Positions 32,615-40,426 of a stretch of 64,000 nucleotides of DNA are shown here, one piece after another. A model generated the notes under the pieces. It ran no database searches. It was given only the letters and a program-made list of their open reading frames with translations, and was not told the origin of the DNA. The stretch comes from an uncultured Clostridia bacterium (GTDB lineage: Bacteria; Bacillota; Clostridia; TANB77; CAG-508). The position numbers and the translations under genes are program-made. The first letter of the stretch is position 1, and the number at the start of each line of letters is the position of its first letter. The stretch covers positions 69,148 to 133,147 of the forward strand of contig CAUWGE010000001.1 in assembly GCA_963558395.1 (NCBI GenBank), given 5' to 3'.

Positions 32615-33754
32615 TTACATATTAATTCGATTTTGCATATTCATTGCACCTTGAGATTCTTCTTTTTTTAGTGCCATTTGTCTAATTGTTCTATTTAATA
32701 CTTCTAAATTCTTTTCTTCTACTTGTGCTTTTGCCTGCTCTAGTGTTATTTGATCATCTGTAAATAATTTTGCAAGAGAATTTATTAAACCAATACTTCC
32801 ATTTATTGAAGCACTTTGTATTGCATCTTCAATTTCTGATACACTTAATTTGTCTTTTCTTATTAATCCTGCTACTATATTATCTACAACCATTACTTCT
32901 GGCACTAACGATAATGTTCCATATTTATTTTTAATTAATCTTTGTGATACAACCAATTTTAATAGTGAAGCAATTAGATATTTCTGTTGTGTTTGGTCTC
33001 CTACATCATAGAAGTTAATCATTCTGTCAATTGTTTCAGCACATGATTTTGTGTGAAGTGTTCCAATTACTAAATGTCCAGATTCTGCTGTTTCTATTGC
33101 TGCATCCATTGTTTCTCTATCTCTTATCTCTCCTATTATAAGGATATCACAGTCTTCTCTTAAAGAGTTTTTAGTACCAATACTATATGTTGGAATATCT
33201 CCACCAATTCCTACTTCTTTTTGTATTATAATTGATTTCTTGCTCTTATGTCTATACTCTACTGGACTTTCTAGAGTCAATATTTTTTTGTTTTCGTTTT
33301 CATTTATATAATTAATTAATGCATTTAATGTAGTTGATTTACCAGAGTTAGTCTTTCCTGTTACTAAAATTAATCCCTGAGGTTGGTGTGTCATTCTTCT
33401 TACTATATCTGGTACTCCTAATTCTTCATATGTTGGAAGTTCATTTCTTATTAATCTGGTTGTAATTACAGGAAGCCCATCTGCTGCACAAATATTAACT
33501 CTAAGACGTATATCATCAAATACAGCTGATGTATCTAATATTTTATTTTCCTTATAGAATTTATCTTTGTCTACATTTCCTTGTAAAAAATAATCATATA
33601 TTTCAAAAATTTCATCTTTACCTATTATATCATGCTCTTCTAATTGCGTAAGATCTCTATTTACCCTTATTATAGGCTTCATTCCCGGTATAAAATGAGC
33701 ATCTGACGCCTTTAATTCTTTAGCCTTTGATAAAACAGCATTTACATCTACCAT
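32615..33754 (-). CDS. pilT: PilT-like retraction ATPase
   Basis: 379 aa with a divergent Walker A (GKTNSGKSTT), Walker B DILIIGEIRD and His box GHLVIGTLHT. Confidence 0.85.
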   Translation of the reverse strand: MVDVNAVLSKAKELKASDAHFIPGMKPIIRVNRDLTQLEEHDIIGKDEIFEIYDYFLQGNVDKDKFYKENKILDTSAVFDDIRLRVNICAADGLPVITTRLIRNELPTYEELGVPDIVRRMTHQPQGLILVTGKTNSGKSTTLNALINYINENENKKILTLESPVEYRHKSKKSIIIQKEVGIGGDIPTYSIGTKNSLREDCDILIIGEIRDRETMDAAIETAESGHLVIGTLHTKSCAETIDRMINFYDVGDQTQQKYLIASLLKLVVSQRLIKNKYGTLSLVPEVMVVDNIVAGLIRKDKLSVSEIEDAIQSASINGSIGLINSLAKLFTDDQITLEQAKAQVEEKNLEVLNRTIRQMALKKEESQGAMNMQNRINM

Positions 33755-33769
33755 TACTTTTATTTCCTC

Positions 33770-35398
33770 CTAATAAAATAATAATTTACTATTTAACTCT
33801 TCTAATGTAGTTAGTCCGTTTATTACCTTTTTAATTCCGTCAACAACTAGTGGCCTATATCCTTGTTTATACGCTTGATTTCTTATTTCTAATGTTGAAG
33901 CATCTTTACTTATTAATTCTTTTATTTCATCTGTAACTAATAATGTTTCAAATACTGCTATTCTATCAAAAAATCCACTATTATTACAATATTCACATCC
34001 TACTGAATCATAAGTTACTGGCTTTTCAATCTTAAATTCTACATTATACCTTTCTTCAATCTTTTTTATAATTGCTAATTCTTCTTCAGTAAATTGTCTT
34101 TCCCTTTTACATTTTGGGCATAACTTTCTTACTAGTCTTTGCGAAATAGAAGTTGCAAGTGTTGATGAAATATCATAATTTGATACTCCCATTTTTCTTA
34201 ATCTTTCTACAACTTCAATTGCATTTATTGTATGCACTGTTGAAAGCACATAATGTCCTGTTTGACCCGCTTGCATAGCAATCTCTGCTGTCTCATTATC
34301 TCTTATTTCTCCTACCAAAATTATATCTGGATCCTGTCTTAAGATTGTTCTAAGTGATACTGCAAATGTTGTCTTAGCATCTATTTCTATTTGATTTAAT
34401 CCAGGTATACGAATTTCTACTGGGTCTTCAATTGTTGTTATATTTATTTCTGGTTTGTCCAAATAATCTATAACACTATATAAAGTAGTGGTTTTTCCCT
34501 CTCCAGTAGGTGCTGCTATTATTGTAATACTATTTCTTTTATCAAAAGCATTTCTTAATAAATTTTCATCATTTGGATATCCTAAATCGAAAATACTTTT
34601 AACCGCCATATCCTTTTTTAATAATCTTAACACAAATTTCTCACCGTGTATATTTCTTTGTGAAGAAACACGGATATTATAGTCTGGATACATAATTATT
34701 CTACCATCTTGTGGCTCTTGTTTTTCTTGATGCATATTTGAAATAGCTTTTAATCTTCCTATTATCTGTGATTGCTTTTCTTTATCTATTTCTGCTATTG
34801 TAAATAGCTTTCCATCAATTCTATATCTTACCCTAACTGCTTTTTCAAGTGGCTCTATGTGAATATCACTAGCTCTTTTTGCCATTCCAGTTCTTATTAT
34901 ATTATCTACTATACTTGTACCACTTGCATCTGTATCTATTTTCTCTGTTGATACGGATGTTATGTTTTCTAAAATCTCATTTATATTTGATTTAAAAGTC
35001 ATGTATCTGTCCATTACTAAACCTTTGTTTAGCATTAATAATCTAATATTTTCAACATGCCTCTTTTCTGTTACATCTGAAAAACATACTTTTATAGTAC
35101 CATTTTCTACTTCAAAAGGAATTGCTCCTGCTTCTCTTGCAGTGTCAATTGAAATATATTTACTAACATCTATTTTTATATCTGCATCTGTTAGAAAGAG
35201 TGTTTTTTCTCCTAGGATTTCTCCCATTGCTTTTAGTAAAATTATTGGATTTGCTAATTTTAAATCATATAAGATATCCCCTAGCTTTTCTTTAGTATGA
35301 ATGCTTTGATATGCCAAGGCTTCTTTTATATCCTCTTGTTTAACAATTCCTCTTCTTACCAATTCTATTCCTAAAGGTTGTCTTTGATTTGTAGCCAT
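33770..35398 (-). CDS. pilB: type IV pilus assembly ATPase PilB (GspE family)
   Basis: 542 aa with an N-terminal T2SSE_N-like domain, Walker A APTGEGKTTT, Walker B ILVGEIRD and a tetracysteine motif CPKC...CEYC. Confidence 0.9.
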   Translation of the reverse strand: MATNQRQPLGIELVRRGIVKQEDIKEALAYQSIHTKEKLGDILYDLKLANPIILLKAMGEILGEKTLFLTDADIKIDVSKYISIDTAREAGAIPFEVENGTIKVCFSDVTEKRHVENIRLLMLNKGLVMDRYMTFKSNINEILENITSVSTEKIDTDASGTSIVDNIIRTGMAKRASDIHIEPLEKAVRVRYRIDGKLFTIAEIDKEKQSQIIGRLKAISNMHQEKQEPQDGRIIMYPDYNIRVSSQRNIHGEKFVLRLLKKDMAVKSIFDLGYPNDENLLRNAFDKRNSITIIAAPTGEGKTTTLYSVIDYLDKPEINITTIEDPVEIRIPGLNQIEIDAKTTFAVSLRTILRQDPDIILVGEIRDNETAEIAMQAGQTGHYVLSTVHTINAIEVVERLRKMGVSNYDISSTLATSISQRLVRKLCPKCKRERQFTEEELAIIKKIEERYNVEFKIEKPVTYDSVGCEYCNNSGFFDRIAVFETLLVTDEIKELISKDASTLEIRNQAYKQGYRPLVVDGIKKVINGLTTLEELNSKLLFY

Positions 35399-35415
35399 TA
35401 TATTCTCCTTTCAAA

Positions 35416-35865
35416 TTACCAATACTTTAATACATAATTAATTTGTCTTGTGTAAGTTTTTCCGTCATTTGAACCAATTTTAATATTAACATTTATATAT
35501 TTTTTATTATTGCTTTGTTGAAGTGTAGCAGTAAAAATATCTATATTTTTTGCTATTTTTTCTTTATTTCTGTAAATGGATTTCTTAGAATATACATACA
35601 CATTTCCATTTGAAAAACTAATTTGTAAATTTCCATCTGTATTTGTTTTTACTTCTGCATCAATACTTGATTTAGCATCTTCAACAAATCGTGTATTAAA
35701 TTTTCCAAATTCACTTATTCTTATACTAGAATCATTAACATTTCCTAAATTTCCATAAATATAGTTACTTAAACTTGCTAGCATTCCTATAACTATTGAA
35801 AACACTATAATATATATAATTAAAATAGTTAAAGTAACACCTTTTTCTGATTTCATAATTACCAC
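35416..35865 (-). CDS. minor pilin-like protein (non-canonical prepilin leader)
   Basis: The N-terminus MKSEKG/VTLTILIIYIIVFSIV is a short basic leader ending in Gly, followed by a hydrophobic helix. There is no Glu at +5. Confidence 0.6.
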   Translation of the reverse strand: MVIMKSEKGVTLTILIIYIIVFSIVIGMLASLSNYIYGNLGNVNDSSIRISEFGKFNTRFVEDAKSSIDAEVKTNTDGNLQISFSNGNVYVYSKKSIYRNKEKIAKNIDIFTATLQQSNNKKYINVNIKIGSNDGKTYTRQINYVLKYW

Positions 35866-36267
35866 CTATTCTTTAACTTTAATTTTACTTATCTCTATTG
35901 TCCTTGTTTCTTTGTCAAATGTATAAAGTAGTGTTATATTTATTCTTTTAACTAAATCTTCTGCTTCTGGATGGTCTTTAGTATATTTTTCTATTGTATA
36001 AGAAATTTTATACTTGTCCGTAGGAAGCCCCACTTCTCTTGCGATTGCATTAACATCATCTGTATCATCATAAGCTTTTAAGTCAATTGCTTCACAAATC
36101 TTTGTCAAGTAACTCATTGCATCCTCATGTATTTTAATTAATGATGCTTGTTTATAAATATTTAAATATAAAGTTAAAATTAAAGATGTAAATAATACAA
36201 ATATTATTACACCTGTTGTCATGTCTAATGTTGTAGCCCCTTTATTATTCTTAAAATTAATTTTCAT
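35866..36267 (-). CDS. minor pilin-like protein (non-canonical prepilin leader)
   Basis: The N-terminus is MKINFKNNKG/ATTLDMTTGVIIFVLFTSLILT, with Asp rather than Glu at +5. 133 aa. Confidence 0.55.
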   Translation of the reverse strand: MKINFKNNKGATTLDMTTGVIIFVLFTSLILTLYLNIYKQASLIKIHEDAMSYLTKICEAIDLKAYDDTDDVNAIAREVGLPTDKYKISYTIEKYTKDHPEAEDLVKRINITLLYTFDKETRTIEISKIKVKE

Positions 36268-36275
36268 TTATTCAC

Positions 36276-37079
36276 CTACCAAAGTAAATATCCAATATAT
36301 ACAAATAAAACTGTTAATGCATTTGATATGCATAAGTAAAAAGCTATTGGCTCATTTTTTATATTTATAATGCTTTTTTTATTTTTGCTAAATAACTTGT
36401 TAATTATTAGTTTTACAGCAATTATTATAAGTGTAACAATTATTGAAACTATTGTTGCAACTTCATAAGTATATAATGAAATTATAATGCAAAGAACAAT
36501 AATATTCATCCAATATGGATTTTTTCCTTTTTTTTGAATCTCATATGTGTTTATTACAGTTATAATTGCGATTACTACTAAATAAATAATAAATCTATTT
36601 ATGTTAAAACTTTCATCTATAAAGAAATTATATATGCTGTATAATATAGAAATTATTATTCCATATATTAATACTCTTTTGTCAACTTTTGAATGTTCTT
36701 TATCGATACCTGCAATTAAAAATAAAAATACAATATATAATGCTCCAAATCCAAATTCAATGATGCCATTTATATCTAATGTATAAACATTTATTCTTAA
36801 AAGCATTGCAAGTATTATAAAAGATATTCCACCTAAAAATTCCATAAGAAAATATCTTATGCTTATTTTTGATTTACAATATCTACATTTTCCACCTAGA
36901 AAAATGTAACTAAGAATTGGTATTAAATCTAAGAAAGATAATTTATGGTTGCATTTCGGACAATATGACCTCTCATGTGTTATATCTTGATTTATTGGTA
37001 TTCTATATGTTGCTAGTGTCAAAAAACTTCCGAATATACATCCCATTGCAAATAATATTAAGTACAATATTACATTCAT
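36276..37079 (-). CDS. pilD: prepilin peptidase homolog (A24 family)
   Basis: The N-terminus GSFLTLATYRIP...CPKCNHKLSFLDLIPILSYIFLGGKCRYCKSKIS is a typical PilD N-domain. Polytopic, with the first Asp motif AGIDKEH present. No GxGDxK-type second motif is visible. Confidence 0.8.
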   Translation of the reverse strand: MNVILYLILFAMGCIFGSFLTLATYRIPINQDITHERSYCPKCNHKLSFLDLIPILSYIFLGGKCRYCKSKISIRYFLMEFLGGISFIILAMLLRINVYTLDINGIIEFGFGALYIVFLFLIAGIDKEHSKVDKRVLIYGIIISILYSIYNFFIDESFNINRFIIYLVVIAIITVINTYEIQKKGKNPYWMNIIVLCIIISLYTYEVATIVSIIVTLIIIAVKLIINKLFSKNKKSIINIKNEPIAFYLCISNALTVLFVYIGYLLW

Positions 37080-37100
37080 TTTTGCCCCTTTACTATATAA

Positions 37101-37133
37101 AGGTTACCTAAATACGAATAATTTAGGTAACCT
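37101..37133 (-). terminator. perfect 13-bp hairpin between pilin gene and pilD (attenuator or partial terminator)
   Basis: Stem aggttacctaaat / atttaggtaacct with a 7-nt loop, followed on the minus strand by uuauauag. Sits in the usual position for uncoupling pilin from downstream expression. Confidence 0.55.
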
Positions 37134-37179
37134 CCATATTTAGTACTATTTATCTTTTGCTATATAGCACTTTATTATT

Positions 37180-37410
37180 TTATTGTTTAAAATAATTATT
37201 GTAAACGCTGTCAAAATCTTTATCGAATTGATTCATTGTTGTTGCTTCATTTGCTTCAGCATTTCTCCATGTATCTGCAGCATTTTGTGCTCTATTAAAT
37301 ATACCATTATTTCCAATAGATAAGCTGATAGCTACACCTGCTAAAATTAATAATACGATAATAGTTACAACTAAAGCTACTAATGTAATACCTTTTTCTT
37401 TCTTAAACAT
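37180..37410 (-). CDS. short pilin-like protein (candidate major pilin, 76 aa)
   Basis: MFKKEKG/ITLVALVVTIIVLLILAGVAI... is a class III-like leader with Ala rather than Glu at +5. The mature part is about 69 aa. AGGGAGG-like RBS. Confidence 0.65.
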   Translation of the reverse strand: MFKKEKGITLVALVVTIIVLLILAGVAISLSIGNNGIFNRAQNAADTWRNAEANEATTMNQFDKDFDSVYNNYFKQ

Positions 37411-37470
37411 TTTAAACTTCCCTCCTTAGTAAATTTTTGTATATATTTATAAAATAAATATTACCGATAA

Positions 37471-37872
37471 TTATTTAGTACCAGAATGCACATTTTGTGA
37501 TTGATAGAAATTGTCTGTTACATTTTTATTTGAAGTGTCTGCGTTTCCGCTTACTCCATTTGTATTTGTAACATTTGACTCAGTATATAGTGCAAATGGA
37601 TCTGGTTTTCCTGGATTATAACTTTGTACCTGTTGGTATTTAGTTAAATCTGAATTTTCAATTTTATAGTCTTCATCTTCCATTGAGAATGTATTTGTTA
37701 CATTTGATGATATTTCTGCTTCTACATTTTCTGGTGTTGAATATGCAGTAACTTTTGCTGGTATAATTTTGTTATTTGGAATATAATTATAAAATATTAC
37801 TGCCATAACTAATACCAAAGCTATACATACTAATAATATAATGAAGATTTCTTTTAAAATAGATTTCGCCAT
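37471..37872 (-). CDS. membrane-anchored pilus-cluster protein, unknown function
   Basis: 133 aa with an N-terminal TM and an N/T/S-rich extracytoplasmic part. Sits between the pilO-like and pilin genes. Confidence 0.55.
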   Translation of the reverse strand: MAKSILKEIFIILLVCIALVLVMAVIFYNYIPNNKIIPAKVTAYSTPENVEAEISSNVTNTFSMEDEDYKIENSDLTKYQQVQSYNPGKPDPFALYTESNVTNTNGVSGNADTSNKNVTDNFYQSQNVHSGTK

Positions 37873-37880
37873 AATAACTC

Positions 37881-38576
37881 CTATTCTGTCACATTTGAAT
37901 TTGTTTCATTTGTATTTTTATTTTCTGTAACACCATTTGTTGTATTGCTAGTTGTTTCTTTTGTAGTATTATTTTCTGTTTCCGAAACATTATTTGTTTG
38001 TGTTGAAACTGAAGTTTTTTCTTGCTTAATCTTTACATCTTTTACTGTAAAATTACAAACACTTTGTGACATTGTGAAATCATCTATTGTAAATTCTAAT
38101 GCTGGATCATTTTCCAAAGATGTTATGAAATTAGTAATTGCTAGATAATTTCCTGCTACTGTAAATCTAATTGTTCTGTACTCTGCAATTGTTCCTGCTG
38201 TAATATCTATGTTTATTGTTACACCTTCTGAAGTAGCATGATTTCCAAGTCTGCTCCACAAATATTCAATCGTATAATTCTTTGTTTGTGTTGCCTGTTT
38301 AATTTGGCTATCTGTACTCACATTAATTAAATTTAAACATTCTTCTTTTGCTTCTGCTAAAGTTGAAATATCTTTCTTTAGTTTACTCAAATTTTGTGTG
38401 TAACGCTCATTTACTGTTTTTGCTTCTTCTATTTGCTTGTCCAAATCCGCATTCAAGTCTTGCAAAGCAGTAATTCCATAGACTTCCAATCCTCCAATTT
38501 TAATTCCTTTTGTAAAAGATAATCCCGCCAGTACAATTAATAATATTAATAATAATGACATTAATAACTTTCTCAT
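37881..38576 (-). CDS. PilO-like pilus assembly protein
   Basis: 231 aa with an N-terminal TM, a coiled-coil segment and a globular domain, following the pilM/N gene. Has an N/T-rich C-terminal tail. Confidence 0.6.
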   Translation of the reverse strand: MRKLLMSLLLILLIVLAGLSFTKGIKIGGLEVYGITALQDLNADLDKQIEEAKTVNERYTQNLSKLKKDISTLAEAKEECLNLINVSTDSQIKQATQTKNYTIEYLWSRLGNHATSEGVTINIDITAGTIAEYRTIRFTVAGNYLAITNFITSLENDPALEFTIDDFTMSQSVCNFTVKDVKIKQEKTSVSTQTNNVSETENNTTKETTSNTTNGVTENKNTNETNSNVTE

Positions 38577-38594
38577 TGTTTCTCCTTTTCGGGT

Positions 38595-40226
38595 TTATGG
38601 TAAGTCGCCTTCTATTGATACGACTACATATTCTCCAGTTTTTGTTCCTTCTGTTGATGTTACATTTAGTAAATATCCATTGTTATTCAATTTTGCTTTA
38701 AAATATGCAAGTTGTTCATATTGTTTTGATTGAGCTGTAAGCGCTATATGTTGTGTTCCATCAGCGTTTTGTGTATTTACTATTTTTACAAGTTGTACAC
38801 TTTTTGGAATACAATATACTATTTGATTTAATAGTGTTGGAATTTGATTCTTTCTACTACGCTTTGTTTCTGCTTGTGAAGATGCATCATTTAATCCACT
38901 AACTATTGATTGATAATCTTTTGTTTTTGATAGTACTTTTGTATCATCACTGTTTACTGCTGCTATTTGCTTGTTAGTATCTTGTATAACATCTTTAGTT
39001 TCTTGTGTCTTTTCAAGAATTTGTGTTCCCAAGAATAATGAACATACAGAAAATACAACTATTACTAATATAACTGTTGCCATTGACCTTACAAGCCACA
39101 TCTCTGAACGTGTTAGCTTTCCCCTCAAATTCATATCAAATTTAAACGATGGCTTTTTAGCTCCCTTTGAACCTTTGCCTATTGACTTTATATCTGAATG
39201 TAATAATGTGTTTAAATCATCTTTCCAATTGCTTGCTTTAAAGTTTAAACTTTTTAGACCATAATCTAGTCCCTCCATAGCAAGTGCTATTGCACTATTT
39301 ACCTCAATATAGTCTTTTATATTAATCTTACTGTCATTTTGTGCAAAAAAAGGTTTTAATATTTCACATTTTGAATCTCTAAAGTATTCTTGAAAATAAA
39401 GTTCTATATTATTAACTGCTGTTGCTAGTCCTGTTAAATATATTTTATCTATTTTTGGATACTTTTGTTTCATCTTTAGTATTTCATTTGCAATACTATA
39501 AAGTTGTGGTAATATAAAAGATAAATATTGATTTGTTCCTTCTAGCATATCAGGTGTTTCCATTGTATAAATCGTTGTATTTTTGCAAGCTTCATATGAT
39601 TTCATATATGAGTTTTCTTTTTCATTTATACTTTCCAATGGTTCCTTCATGCCATAAGGAATTTTATCTATTGAATATACCTTTTGATTCAATATTGTTG
39701 TTATAGTCGTATCATTTTCAATGTTCACAATCATTACATTTTCACCTTTTTTTGTGTCTGCAATGTTTGTTATTGATGTTGCAACTGGTGTAATTGATTT
39801 TATTTTGCCTTTGTTAACATAAGAATTTATTTCTTCTAAGTTATTTTTACCTTCATATATAAATACAACTCGATTTCTATCCTTATTGTCAATATCATTT
39901 ACTACCACATATCTTCCTTCATAAGCATTTGGATTAATATGTTCATCTGCACATGTACTTTCGAATTCAGTATTTATTGTTTTTTTCATATCGTTTTTGC
40001 TAAGTAAATTAAATATACTATAATAGCTAATTTTTTCGTCTTGTGTATTTATACAAATCGGAATATTTATGCTGTTAGTTTCATTTATTATTTGACTTAT
40101 ATTTTTTGTCAAGTCGTCATAAAACTTAATTCCACAAGATGCAACACTTAATTGATTGTTGTTTTTTGTTACTTTCGCGTATTTAATTACTTGATTAGAT
40201 ATGCTAATTCCTAAGCTTTCTTGCAT
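38595..40226 (-). CDS. fused PilM-PilN-like pilus assembly protein
   Basis: 543 aa. About 330 aa of actin-like ATPase fold (PilM-like), then a TM (MATVILVIVVFSVCSLFLG) and a ~140 aa PilN-like periplasmic-type domain. First gene of the cluster. Confidence 0.65.
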   Translation of the reverse strand: MQESLGISISNQVIKYAKVTKNNNQLSVASCGIKFYDDLTKNISQIINETNSINIPICINTQDEKISYYSIFNLLSKNDMKKTINTEFESTCADEHINPNAYEGRYVVVNDIDNKDRNRVVFIYEGKNNLEEINSYVNKGKIKSITPVATSITNIADTKKGENVMIVNIENDTTITTILNQKVYSIDKIPYGMKEPLESINEKENSYMKSYEACKNTTIYTMETPDMLEGTNQYLSFILPQLYSIANEILKMKQKYPKIDKIYLTGLATAVNNIELYFQEYFRDSKCEILKPFFAQNDSKINIKDYIEVNSAIALAMEGLDYGLKSLNFKASNWKDDLNTLLHSDIKSIGKGSKGAKKPSFKFDMNLRGKLTRSEMWLVRSMATVILVIVVFSVCSLFLGTQILEKTQETKDVIQDTNKQIAAVNSDDTKVLSKTKDYQSIVSGLNDASSQAETKRSRKNQIPTLLNQIVYCIPKSVQLVKIVNTQNADGTQHIALTAQSKQYEQLAYFKAKLNNNGYLLNVTSTEGTKTGEYVVVSIEGDLP

Positions 40227-40426
40227 CTTTCTTACTCCTTTTTTGTATTTTATATTATTTTTTACTTTTTTTGTACTTTTATTCTGTTTTATTTTTCCAA
40301 AGTTTTTTCTATCATATTTATTATAATATTTAAATTAAAAAAGTCAATCGCTTATATCTCTTTGTAAAAAAAATGTAATATTTGTAATATTAACGAAATT
40401 TTTGTACAATTTTGTAACTTTTTATT

